A stretch of DNA of 64,000 nucleotides, taken from the NCBI GenBank assembly GCA_963827655.1, contig CAWHCF010000017.1:1-64000 (forward strand). Direction: 5' to 3'. This document shows, piece by piece, positions 20,040-29,704 of this stretch; the stretch's first letter is position 1, and every line of letters begins with the position of its first letter. The DNA is from an uncultured Acidobacteriota bacterium (GTDB lineage: Bacteria > Acidobacteriota > UBA6911). The notes under the pieces were generated by a model. That model did no database searches. It was given only the letters and a program-made list of their open reading frames with translations, and had not been told where the DNA came from. The position numbers and the translations under genes were made by a program.

Positions 20040-22844
20040 ATGTCTTACGGACGCTGGATCTTGATCGGCTCGCTTGCGGTCGTGGTGTCTTCGCTTTCCT
20101 TTGCTCAGACGCGGAGGCCGAGTACCCAGCGCCCCAGGCCCGAGACGACTCGTCCCGGTCACGTCTACATGCAATACATGAAGGATTTCGAGGAAAGAGA
20201 GGACGTCACCAGAGCCGTCCTGAAGAACGGACTGACAGTTCTGGTCAACGAGTCCCGTACTGCGCCCCTGGCGGCAATCTCGATTTACGTAAAAGCCGGT
20301 TTCCTTCAGGAGCCGGATGAAGTCGCGGGTGTTTCGCGCGTGATCGAGCGCATGCTGTTTAAAGCCACCTCTACGCGCGGTGCCGGCGTGATCGACAAGG
20401 AAATACGGGCGATGGGCGGCGTCCTGCGCACTTCGAGTAACTACGATCATTCCGCATTCCTCATGGTGGTGCCGTCGAGTCAATGGAAAAAGGCTTTGGA
20501 AATACAGGCTGACGGGTTGCTGAACCCCTTGTTCCAGCCGGAGGCCCTGAAGAGAGAAGTCGAAGCCATCCTTGACGAGGCCAGGGAGAAGCGCGACCAC
20601 CCTCAGGGCTCCTTGTCCGAGAAGCTCCTGGCTCTTGGATTCACTCAGCATCGTCTCCGGCGGCCGACCATGGGGAGAGAGGACGCCCTTCAGCGTCTCG
20701 GCCCGGAGAAACTTCTGGATTTTCACAGAAACATTTACCTGCCTGGCCGCATGGTGCTCGTCGTCTCGGGAGACGTTAACACGTCGGAGATTCTGAACGA
20801 GACCGTGCGACTGTATGGAAAGAGCCGGAGTGCTGGTGAGAAGCTCTCCATCTCTGCCACAGAACCGGAACAGGGCAACTTTCGCTACCAGGAGGTCCGG
20901 GGGCCGGTCCAGCTTCCGCAACTGCTTTTCGGCTTTCACGCCCCTCGGCCAAGCTCTGAGGACTACCCGGCCTTCGAAGTTTTGAGGGCACTCATCGGCA
21001 TGGGCGAAGGCTCCATCCTGGCGCGCAGGCTCAAGGCGGAAAAAAAGATGATCCTGCGCGGATCGGCGAACCTCCTGGCAATTCCGGAGTTAAGTTACCT
21101 CATTCTTGAGATGGAGGTCGAACCCGGGAACATAGATCAAAGCGAGCTGTCAGTTTTAACGGAATTGGAGGTGCTCAGACGCGAAGAACCGGACGCGGCG
21201 GATCTGGAGCGGGCGCAGGCCTTGCTGGAACGGAAGCGCTGGGGCGACATGCAAACCCTCGAGTCGCGGGCGGAGACGTTTGCGCGGATCGAGGCCCTGC
21301 GAGGCTGGCGAGGGATGAATGACTATGTCGGCGCGTTTCGTAAAGTGAAACCTGCCGACGTAACTCGGGTGGCAAAAAAATACCTGAGCCTGGAGAGTTG
21401 TTCTGTGCTCGAGTACCTGCCGGAAGGAGGAGAGCCGCGAAATCTATCCACGGAGGTCATTCAGAAAACGCTGCGCGGACTGCTCGAACCTTCCACCCAG
21501 GAAGTGCTCGCGGCCCGGGAGAAGGCTACCAGGCTGGCGTTCCAGGCCGGGGAGCGTGCGGGCGACTTCAAGTACAGTGAAGTTCGTTACCCGATGCAAA
21601 AGGCCTCGGTTCTCCGAGGGCCCGAGCTCTTCATCCGGGAGGATCATACTGCGCCCGTCATAGATCTCGGTATTTTCCTGCCGGGAGGGAAGCTGTCCGA
21701 GAACAAGGAAAACGCCGGCATCACCTCGCTGATGCTGGCTACCATGCTCGCCGGAGGGACCAAGGAGATGGTTCCGGAGCGGTTCTTTCAGCAGCTGGAG
21801 ATTTTCGGAGCCGAAATCGTTCCGGTAGTCGGCGACGACTACTTTGGTTTTTACTCTTCGGTCCTGTCGCGGAACATCGAGCGGACCATGGATCTACTGC
21901 TCGAGTTGATCCGGAGGCCGCAATTCGATCCGGAGCAGGTTGCGCGTCAGAAAGAATTACAGCTGGCCGGAATCCGGCGTGATTCGGATTCAAGTTTCGC
22001 ATGTGCTTACCGCCTGTTGGAGCAAGGCCTCTTCGGGGACTTTCCTTATGCCTTGAGGGCGGCCGGAAATGAGAGCAGTGTTTCGTCGCTGACGGTCGAC
22101 GCACTTCAAGCCTGGTACAAGTCTCAGGTGCAGGAGCGCAAGCCACTGGTTGTAATCATAGGCGATACTCATGGGACCAATCTCGCCCGCTATTTCGTGC
22201 GCAATTTCAGCGGGTCCCGGTATCAGGATGTCAAGCTGGCTGAAACTTTCCCGAAACCGATCGAGAAGAGACGACGTCAGACAGGCGAGTGCGGCAGCAA
22301 CCAGGGTATTGCGATGATTGGTTTCCCCGCGCCGCCCGATGGCGACGAAGACGCTTTCGCGCTCGAGGTGCTTCAGAGTTATGCTTCCGGACCCGGGGGC
22401 CGTCTGGCGGAACAACTGAAAGAGCGGCACGCCCTTATGCGCAATGTTTCGATGAACTATACTCCGCGCCTTCGAGGCGGCCTGATAGCAATATATACGC
22501 TCAACAGCACGGAAGACGCGGAGAAATCTCTCAAGGGCCTCGAAGAGGAAATCTTGAGACTTTCCGACACGCCTGTCTCGTTCAAGGAGTATCGCTCTGC
22601 CGTTAATTCCGCCGTCGGCGGCTACTTGGTCAATCACCAGCGACGTCCGATTCAAATCTCAACCTTGGTCCGTCACATCCTGAACGGCACAGAAATCGAG
22701 GGAATGAATCAGCACGTGTCGCAGCTGCAGGCCGTCAACCAGGAAGACCTGCAGGAGGTCGCGCGCCGCTTTCTCAAGATGGACAGGTCGGTGACTGTGG
22801 AGCTACACGGCAAATCCAATAAGCCTGCCGGAACTCAACCCTAG
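20040..22844 (+). CDS. M16 (insulinase/pitrilysin) family protein lacking HxxEH
   Basis: LKNGLTVLV...EPDEVAGVSRVIERMLFK; second M16 half with ENAGITSLM; signal peptide. Confidence 0.88.
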   Translation: MSYGRWILIGSLAVVVSSLSFAQTRRPSTQRPRPETTRPGHVYMQYMKDFEEREDVTRAVLKNGLTVLVNESRTAPLAAISIYVKAGFLQEPDEVAGVSRVIERMLFKATSTRGAGVIDKEIRAMGGVLRTSSNYDHSAFLMVVPSSQWKKALEIQADGLLNPLFQPEALKREVEAILDEAREKRDHPQGSLSEKLLALGFTQHRLRRPTMGREDALQRLGPEKLLDFHRNIYLPGRMVLVVSGDVNTSEILNETVRLYGKSRSAGEKLSISATEPEQGNFRYQEVRGPVQLPQLLFGFHAPRPSSEDYPAFEVLRALIGMGEGSILARRLKAEKKMILRGSANLLAIPELSYLILEMEVEPGNIDQSELSVLTELEVLRREEPDAADLERAQALLERKRWGDMQTLESRAETFARIEALRGWRGMNDYVGAFRKVKPADVTRVAKKYLSLESCSVLEYLPEGGEPRNLSTEVIQKTLRGLLEPSTQEVLAAREKATRLAFQAGERAGDFKYSEVRYPMQKASVLRGPELFIREDHTAPVIDLGIFLPGGKLSENKENAGITSLMLATMLAGGTKEMVPERFFQQLEIFGAEIVPVVGDDYFGFYSSVLSRNIERTMDLLLELIRRPQFDPEQVARQKELQLAGIRRDSDSSFACAYRLLEQGLFGDFPYALRAAGNESSVSSLTVDALQAWYKSQVQERKPLVVIIGDTHGTNLARYFVRNFSGSRYQDVKLAETFPKPIEKRRRQTGECGSNQGIAMIGFPAPPDGDEDAFALEVLQSYASGPGGRLAEQLKERHALMRNVSMNYTPRLRGGLIAIYTLNSTEDAEKSLKGLEEEILRLSDTPVSFKEYRSAVNSAVGGYLVNHQRRPIQISTLVRHILNGTEIEGMNQHVSQLQAVNQEDLQEVARRFLKMDRSVTVELHGKSNKPAGTQP

Positions 22845-22924
22845 CGTCTTCGCGTCTCAGTGGTTCAGCCATCAGCACCAAACCACCACCAGGACACAAG
22901 ACATAAAGAAGCGCAAAGATCGCC

Positions 22925-25048
22925 GTGTACTGGAGCCGAGGTAAGCTTCCGATTCGATCACGGATGGGGATTTTCACACTCGTCCTGATCATAATATGGT
23001 TCCTGAGACTGGTCCCGGCGATCCGGGGCGCTTTATCGCCTGGCCTGTTGCTGGTGTTGGACCTCACCGGTCTTCTGCTGGTCATTCCAGCCATTTACTA
23101 TATCTGGAAGCTCTTTACCTTCGTCAAGAGTGAGCTGCTCTGGAAAATACGCCGCCGCTTGATCCTGGCACACATGTTTATCGGCGTGATCCCGGTCATC
23201 CTGGTTCTCACGATTCTTTACGTGTCTGCGCTGCTCTTCTACTACCAGCTCAGCTATTACCTGATTCAGAACCAGATTGGTATTCACATCGCGCAGGCCC
23301 ACGCATTGAATCTTTCACTGCGCAGCGCGATGGAGCAGGCTCTGGCTCGTTCATCCGCGGCACCCGGCGTTTTGAGATCTGTCCTGGATCGCGACGGCAA
23401 GTATGTGCTGGGGACTTACCCATCCGCCTCCATCATTCTACGCATCCAGGATCAAACATCCGGTCAGGTCTCCGTAGATGCGAATCGGAGCATGAAAAAG
23501 GAATGGCTGGGGAACTATCAGCTTCCTCGCTGGACCAGCGATCATGAATTCAGCGGACTCGTGGTCGAAGACTCCCAGCCGGAATTGTATCGTGGGGCCG
23601 ACGGCTCAGACGACGATGGGGGGCGGGGAAGGCTTTTTCTGCGAAGTCTGGTCTTCAGTGATTTCAGATCCGACACTCCATTCAGCCTCGAGCTTTCGGT
23701 TCCCTTGGATCAGTACCTGTTGGATCGGCTGAAAGCGGCCGTGGGCCAGGATCTGCTTCTGGCCCATCACGTCCCTGCGTCGAGTCTCAACGTGATGCTC
23801 CAGAACACCGATATTCTGCGGCGGAATATCTTGAGTGCCACATTTGATATGACGGAAGAGCAGCAATCGCTGGGTCGTCCGGTCTGGTCGATTCTCCTGT
23901 TTCCGGTCTCGTGGAACACCGGAAATGAAGAGGGCCGCGCGGCAACCGAAGTCCTGTTCGTCGAACTGTCGACCTCGAAACTGATCCAGAACGTCTTTCG
24001 CTCCGAGAGTAATGTGAGTCAAACCATTCTCGGGCTCTTGCGCATCGTGTTGGGTTTCTTTCTTGCCATCGAAGTCATTTCGCTTTTGGTCGGAATCGTC
24101 TTGACCAAATCGATTACACAGGCGGTCCACAACCTCTATCGCGGGACTGAATTCGTCAAGCGCGGCGATTTCAGCCATCGAATTGTAGTCAAATCGAACG
24201 ACCAGTTGGGCGCTCTCGCCAAGTCCTTCAATCAGATGACCGACTATGTTCAATCGCTGGTCAAGGAGCGTGTGGAAAAAGAACGGCTGCAGCGAGAACT
24301 GGAGATCGCCAAGGAGGTCCAGGAACAGCTCTTTCCGCGCGAAGCTCCGCGCATGGAGCGCATGGAACTCACCGGACTCTGCCTGCCGGCGCGAGTGGTC
24401 AGCGGTGACTATTACGATTTTCTTAAGTTCGATGCGCACAGCCTGGGGATGGCGCTGGGGGACATTTGCGGCAAAGGGATTTCGGCCGCCCTCTTGATGG
24501 CGAACCTTCAAGCGACGCTCCGCAGCAACGTGATCAACCTCTTCGGCGACGAAAACGCCCCCGCCGAACGGCTCCAAGGGGAGGGAGCCGTTGCCCAGGT
24601 GGTCAAGATGATTAACCGCCAGATCTACAATTTCACGGCATCCAATAAGTTCGCCTCGTTTTTTTATGGAGTTTACAACGACGCCAATGCTTCGCTCACG
24701 TACTGCAATGCAGGACACAATCCGCCCCTGTATTTCCAAAACGGCGGGTTTCAGCGCCTCTCGACCGGCGGCACCGTGGTCGGGATATTTCCCGACGCAG
24801 AATATCAGCAGGCTACACTGTATCTGCAGCCCGGCGATCTCCTGCTAGCCTATACCGACGGGATCGTGGAGAGCGTGAATGAATACGGTGAGGAATTCGG
24901 CGAGCAGAGGCTGATCCAGATTCTCGAGCAGAACCGGCAGCTTTCGGCGCAGGAAATCCAGAAGGTGATCGTCGACCAGGTCTTGGACTGGGCCTTCGAG
25001 CAGGAGCGCGACGACGATATGACTCTGATCGTGGCAAAATTTAGTTGA
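22925..25048 (+). CDS. Membrane SpoIIE/RsbU-like PP2C phosphatase with HAMP domain
   Basis: TM helices; DQLGALAKSFNQM; VSGDYYDF, GDICGKGISAAL, NAGHNPP, YTDGIVE, DDMT. Confidence 0.93.
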   Translation: MYWSRGKLPIRSRMGIFTLVLIIIWFLRLVPAIRGALSPGLLLVLDLTGLLLVIPAIYYIWKLFTFVKSELLWKIRRRLILAHMFIGVIPVILVLTILYVSALLFYYQLSYYLIQNQIGIHIAQAHALNLSLRSAMEQALARSSAAPGVLRSVLDRDGKYVLGTYPSASIILRIQDQTSGQVSVDANRSMKKEWLGNYQLPRWTSDHEFSGLVVEDSQPELYRGADGSDDDGGRGRLFLRSLVFSDFRSDTPFSLELSVPLDQYLLDRLKAAVGQDLLLAHHVPASSLNVMLQNTDILRRNILSATFDMTEEQQSLGRPVWSILLFPVSWNTGNEEGRAATEVLFVELSTSKLIQNVFRSESNVSQTILGLLRIVLGFFLAIEVISLLVGIVLTKSITQAVHNLYRGTEFVKRGDFSHRIVVKSNDQLGALAKSFNQMTDYVQSLVKERVEKERLQRELEIAKEVQEQLFPREAPRMERMELTGLCLPARVVSGDYYDFLKFDAHSLGMALGDICGKGISAALLMANLQATLRSNVINLFGDENAPAERLQGEGAVAQVVKMINRQIYNFTASNKFASFFYGVYNDANASLTYCNAGHNPPLYFQNGGFQRLSTGGTVVGIFPDAEYQQATLYLQPGDLLLAYTDGIVESVNEYGEEFGEQRLIQILEQNRQLSAQEIQKVIVDQVLDWAFEQERDDDMTLIVAKFS

Positions 25049-25118
25049 TTTGTCGTAGTTTAGGTATGATTATTAAACTATCGGATTAATATCGAGCAAT
25101 TGTAATGGAAGATCAAGA

Positions 25119-26195
25119 ATGAGTGGAGAAACATCGTCCGTGCTTGATCTGCCGGATCGGTGGGCGTCCATCGATCGGCAAGGGATGCGGGATGTGCTTG
25201 AGTCATCTCCGAACCAGCTGCGATCGGCAGTTGAGATAGCCGGTCGCATTTCGGTTTCGATTCCGGGGCAGATCGCCAACGTTGTTGTCACCGGGCTCGG
25301 AGGTTCGGCGATTGGAGGGGACGTCGTCTCCTCGGTGGCAGGAGAATTGCTGCGCGTCCCCTTGATTGTGAACCGCGACTACGGGCTGCCAGCGTTTGTA
25401 GGTCCGTCTTCGCTGGTTATCGCGTGCAGCTATTCCGGAAACACGGAAGAGACCCTGGACGCGTTCGCGGAAGCGCGCCGCTCGGGCGCATCCGTCTTCT
25501 GCGTCACCTCGGGCGGGCGGCTGGCTGCCCTGGCGCGAGAACAAGAGATTCCGCTGGTACTGATACCCGGAGGGTTGCAGCCCCGGGCGGCGCTCGGTTT
25601 CTCGACCATCGCGCTTCTGGGCGCGCTTCGAGCCTTCGGATTGGTTCCGGACTTGACGGGCGCTTGTCAAGAGACCATCAACCTTGTCTCTTCACTCGTA
25701 GATCGCTACCACCCGGAGATTCCGGAAGCAAGCAACAGAGCCAAGGTTCTGGCGCGCTCACTGCACGGACGAATTGTGGTGATCTACGGATCGACCGGTG
25801 TGGTAAGTGGAGCGACGGTCCGATGGCGTGGTCAGATGGAGGAAAATGCCAAGAATCTCGCGTTCCATCATCTGCTGCCGGAAATGAATCACAACGAGCT
25901 GGTTGGTTGGGAATACCCTGCGGAAATCCTGAAGCAGCTGGGTGTCATATTCCTGAGGGACCGAGGGGATCACCCTCAGGTACAGCGGCGGTTCGAGTTC
26001 ACACGAGAGTTTATCGCCGCCCGCGCCGGAGTGGCGCACGAAGTGTGGACCGAAGGGGAGTCTCGGCTGGCGCGCATTTTTTCAGTCATATGCCTGGCGG
26101 ATTTTGTCAGCCTGTATCTCGCTTATCTGAACGAGGTCGATCCTACGCCGGTTGAAGCGATCGAAGCGCTGAAGCACAAACTTGGCCGCTCTTAG
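25119..26195 (+). CDS. Bifunctional phosphoglucose/phosphomannose isomerase (SIS)
   Basis: GLGGSAIGG, SYSGNTEET, QPRAA, ENAK, LPEMNHNE, DPTPV. Confidence 0.93.
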   Translation: MSGETSSVLDLPDRWASIDRQGMRDVLESSPNQLRSAVEIAGRISVSIPGQIANVVVTGLGGSAIGGDVVSSVAGELLRVPLIVNRDYGLPAFVGPSSLVIACSYSGNTEETLDAFAEARRSGASVFCVTSGGRLAALAREQEIPLVLIPGGLQPRAALGFSTIALLGALRAFGLVPDLTGACQETINLVSSLVDRYHPEIPEASNRAKVLARSLHGRIVVIYGSTGVVSGATVRWRGQMEENAKNLAFHHLLPEMNHNELVGWEYPAEILKQLGVIFLRDRGDHPQVQRRFEFTREFIAARAGVAHEVWTEGESRLARIFSVICLADFVSLYLAYLNEVDPTPVEAIEALKHKLGRS

Positions 26196-26329
26196 GGTTC
26201 GCGCAGAAATAAGTTCGCATTCTGCAGCCCGAAGGGGCGCGATCCTCAGCCTGCTTAGCGAACAGAAACCGGTTCATGATTGACCGCCGGCTTTCGCGCC
26301 AGAATGTGAAGTTATTTCTGGGCGAGCCC
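26195..26329 (+). mobile_element. MITE, complete, with TTA target duplication
   Basis: ~30-bp TIRs flanked by TTA on both sides; overlaps the pgi/pmi TAG stop. Confidence 0.88.
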
Positions 26330-26473
26330 TTAGGCGCTTGACGAAACGTTCAGACCAACATGTTGTCGTTCACAAGGGCCTTTCGTTCGGGGCGAAGTCC
26401 CCGAACGAACCTTAGCGTCTTCGCGGTAACGCCAGGCCCGAACGCACACGAAGAACCACCGGGGGAGAAAGAA

Positions 26474-27823
26474 TTGCGACGAGAGATTTTTCGGGAATAC
26501 GACATCCGCGGAATCGCGGGACGAGACTTGACTCAGGAGTCGGTCGAGCTCATCGGACGGGGGATCGGGACCTTGCTGCATCGCGCCGGCAAACGCAGGA
26601 TCACCGTGGGACGCGATTGCCGGCCAAGTTCCGATCCGTTCCGGGATGCGCTTACCGGCGGGCTCACGGCCAGCGGCGTCTCGGTGATTGATGTGGGGGT
26701 TGTGCCCACGCCGCTCTTGTACTACTCGATCCATCACCTGGCAACCGATGGCGGCGTGATGATAACCGGGAGCCACAATCCGTCCGACTACAACGGGTTC
26801 AAGGCCTGTATCGGGACCGAGTCGATTTACGGGAGCCGCATTCAGGAGATTTACGAATTGATCCGAGCCGGCGACTTTGCCCGCGGCTCGGGGGCGGTAG
26901 AGAACGCGGAAATAACCCAGTCTTACCGGCAGGCTCTTCTAGACCAGATCCGTGTGGCGCGAAAGGTCCGGGTGGCCGTAGACTGCGGGAACGGCACGGC
27001 GTGCCTTGTGGCGCCGGATTTGTTAAGAGCCCTGGGATGCGAGGTGCGCGAACTCTACTGCGAGATGGACGGAAGTTTTCCCAATCATCATCCCGACCCG
27101 ACGGTGGAGGCAAACCTGCGCGACTTGCAGTCGGTCGTCCAGGCTGAAGATCTCGAGCTCGGGATCGCTTTTGACGGCGATGCCGACAGGATCGGCGTGG
27201 TGGACAACGGCGGAAGAATCATCTGGGGGGATTACCTGATGGTGCTTTACGCCCGGGATATCCTCAAACAGAGGCCTGGTGCCACAATCATCTCGGAGGT
27301 GAAATCTTCGATGAACCTTTTCCGGGATATCGAGAACCATGGCGGGCGGGCCATTATGTGGAAGACGGGCCACTCCCTGATCAAGGCCAAGATGCGCGAA
27401 GAACGCGCCGCGCTGGCCGGTGAGATGAGCGGTCACATGTTTTTCGCAGACCGATACTTCGGATACGACGACGCAATCTATGCGGCGTGCCGGCTGCTGG
27501 AAATCGTTGCGCAGTCTTCACATTCTCTTGCCAGCATGCTGTCGGATCTTCCGCCGACCGTGATGACGCCTGAGATCCGGGTTCAGTGCGACGACGATAG
27601 AAAATTCGAGGTAGTGGAGAAAGTGAAGGCTCACTTTCGGCGGCTGAATCAGGTTATCGAAGTCGACGGAGCCCGCATCCTCTTCTCCAAAGGGTGGGGG
27701 CTCGTCCGAGCCTCCAATACACAGGACGTCCTGGTTCTGCGTTTTGAAGCCGACGACCAGAGCAGCCTGGATTCTATTCGTTCCCAGGTGGAGGAACAGG
27801 TCCACCTGGCCAAGGCGTCATAA
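26474..27823 (+). CDS. Phosphomannomutase/phosphoglucomutase
   Basis: IFREYDIRG, ITGSHNP, FDGDADR, GEMSGH motifs; TTG start after GGGGAG. Confidence 0.93.
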   Translation: MRREIFREYDIRGIAGRDLTQESVELIGRGIGTLLHRAGKRRITVGRDCRPSSDPFRDALTGGLTASGVSVIDVGVVPTPLLYYSIHHLATDGGVMITGSHNPSDYNGFKACIGTESIYGSRIQEIYELIRAGDFARGSGAVENAEITQSYRQALLDQIRVARKVRVAVDCGNGTACLVAPDLLRALGCEVRELYCEMDGSFPNHHPDPTVEANLRDLQSVVQAEDLELGIAFDGDADRIGVVDNGGRIIWGDYLMVLYARDILKQRPGATIISEVKSSMNLFRDIENHGGRAIMWKTGHSLIKAKMREERAALAGEMSGHMFFADRYFGYDDAIYAACRLLEIVAQSSHSLASMLSDLPPTVMTPEIRVQCDDDRKFEVVEKVKAHFRRLNQVIEVDGARILFSKGWGLVRASNTQDVLVLRFEADDQSSLDSIRSQVEEQVHLAKAS

Positions 27824-27953
27824 GCTCCCAGGCGGCGTCTCGGAAACCCCGGGTCGTGGCGGTTAGAAAGAGTCCCGGAAGGCCGGGGTCGTTGACAGTT
27901 CTCAAGAGTATTTGTAAAAATAGCGCATAGCTTCCAAAGGACCTCCCTTCGTT

Positions 27954-28772
27954 ATGGCTGAATATCACGTCTTCGTCGTATCTGACGGTACCGGCGAGAC
28001 CGCGACGAAAATGTCCAAGGCGGCGCTGTTACAGTTCACGCCGCGCAACACGATCTTTACGCGTCACAGCAATGTGCGCTCGATCGAAATGATTCGCGAA
28101 GTGGTAAAGGACGCGCAACGGGATCGCGCCCTGGTTATTCACACCTTTGCCTCGCAGGAACTCCGCCGCGCGATGGAAGAGGCCTGCCAGGACCGCAACG
28201 TTCCAAGCCATGATCTATTGGGATCCCTTTTCGAGACGCTGCAGGAGTTCTTTGGTGTTTCCCCCACCGAGAAGCCAGGACTCTTGCATCAGGTGGACGA
28301 CGACTACTTCGAGCGCGTCGATGCTCTTTCGTTCACAGTGCGTCACGACGAGACACGGTCCGCCGACGGCCTGCATGAGGCCGAGATCGTCCTGGTCGGC
28401 GTGTCGCGTACCTCGAAGACTCCTCTGAGTGTCTATCTCGCCCAGGAGGGGTGGAAGGTAGCCAACATGCCGGTGGTGATCGGAGAGAAGCTGCCTGAGG
28501 AGTTGTTCCAGCTTGACCAATCGCGGATCGTGGGGCTGACGATTACTCCGGAGCGGCTGGCCGAAGTGCGGAAGGCGCGACTCTCCCGCCTGGGAACCGC
28601 CGACTCCACGTATGCGGATCTGAAGCGAGTTACCGAGGAGCTCGAGTACTGCCGGAAAATCTTCGACCAGAATCCGCGCTGGTTGCGCGTCGACGTCACC
28701 GGGAAATCGGTCGAGGAGATCGCTTCAGAAATACTTGACAAGATCGTCGGCAAGGAGCGGCGCCTGCAGTGA
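27954..28772 (+). CDS. PEP synthase/PPDK regulatory protein (kinase/pyrophosphorylase, DUF299)
   Basis: VSDGTGETA, GVSRTSKTPLSVYLA, DVTGKSVEE. Confidence 0.92.
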   Translation: MAEYHVFVVSDGTGETATKMSKAALLQFTPRNTIFTRHSNVRSIEMIREVVKDAQRDRALVIHTFASQELRRAMEEACQDRNVPSHDLLGSLFETLQEFFGVSPTEKPGLLHQVDDDYFERVDALSFTVRHDETRSADGLHEAEIVLVGVSRTSKTPLSVYLAQEGWKVANMPVVIGEKLPEELFQLDQSRIVGLTITPERLAEVRKARLSRLGTADSTYADLKRVTEELEYCRKIFDQNPRWLRVDVTGKSVEEIASEILDKIVGKERRLQ

Positions 28773-29638
28773 TGGAGTTTGCCAAGCTTCACGCACTGGG
28801 CAATGACTTTCTCGTGATGAATGTCGCCGGCGCGGCCTATGCGCAGGCCCTTGCGTCCCACGCCAGACAGATCTGCGACAGGCACTGTGGCGTCGGCGCC
28901 GACGGCATTCTCTACTACCAACCCACGATCGGGGATCCCGAGTCGGACTTTTCGGCCCTTATCTTTAACGCGGACGGAAGCAAGGCAGAAATGTCCGGCA
29001 ACGGCGTGCGCTGTCTGGCGGCCTTTCTTCACCAGAGCGGGCAGAGCCGCCAATCGACGGTTCGGATACGCACGGTATCGGGCATAAAGCGTCTCACGCT
29101 TCACGGGAACGATGGGGAAACTTACACGTTTGAGACTTCAATGGGCACCCCCATCACCGATCCGGTTCGTATACCAGCGCGGCTCGCAGCGTTGCCGGGC
29201 CCGGTGGTACGGTACCCGCTCGAGGTGGGATCAGAGGTGGTGAAGGTGACACTATGCTCGATGGGAAACCCTCACTGCTCGACCTTCTGGCCTGACCTGG
29301 ATTCGGCGCCGATCGACCGGCTGGGCGCGCTCCTGGAGCGGCATGACATTTTTCCCAATCGCACCAACGTGGAATTCATCCAGGTGGTGGACCGTCATCA
29401 GCTTCGAACCCGCTTCTGGGAACGTGGCGTTGGCCGGACCCTGGCCTCGGGTACTGGAAGTTCCGCTGCCGCCGTGGCGGCCATCTTGAGTGATCTGGCC
29501 GAAAGCCCGGTGACCGTCCATACGGAGCTGGGAGCCCTTTTGGTGTCCTGGGAGAACGAGGGCGAGGTGCTCCTTACAGGGCCCGCCGAGTTCATCTGCA
29601 CCGGGAGGTACACAAAAGCGGTAGGCAGTGAGCAGTAG
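28772..29638 (+). CDS. dapF: Diaminopimelate epimerase-family protein with Ser/Ser at the catalytic positions
   Basis: FAKLHALGNDF, GVGADG, FNADGSKAEMSGNG, MGNPH, FPNRTNVEF, WERGVGRTLASGTG. Confidence 0.9.
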   Translation: MEFAKLHALGNDFLVMNVAGAAYAQALASHARQICDRHCGVGADGILYYQPTIGDPESDFSALIFNADGSKAEMSGNGVRCLAAFLHQSGQSRQSTVRIRTVSGIKRLTLHGNDGETYTFETSMGTPITDPVRIPARLAALPGPVVRYPLEVGSEVVKVTLCSMGNPHCSTFWPDLDSAPIDRLGALLERHDIFPNRTNVEFIQVVDRHQLRTRFWERGVGRTLASGTGSSAAAVAAILSDLAESPVTVHTELGALLVSWENEGEVLLTGPAEFICTGRYTKAVGSEQ

Positions 29639-29704
29639 GCGGCAAGCAGTGGGCCTGGTGCCCATTGTTTACTGCTTACTGCCTGCCCCCTACTGCCTGC
29701 TGCT
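29619..29704. repeat. Degenerate (GCAGTAG)n/(CTACTGC)n inverted heptamer repeat
   Basis: gcagtgagcagtaggc...ttactgcttactgcctgc; similar tracts at about 55240-55290 and 57810-57870. Confidence 0.7.

Noticed and set aside
22843-22920. Degenerate 8-9-mer tracts such as CACCAGGACACAAG and CGCGAAGACGCTAAG in many intergenic gaps
   Set aside because: Recurrent but too degenerate to delimit by eye; motif discovery is needed before claiming a family.
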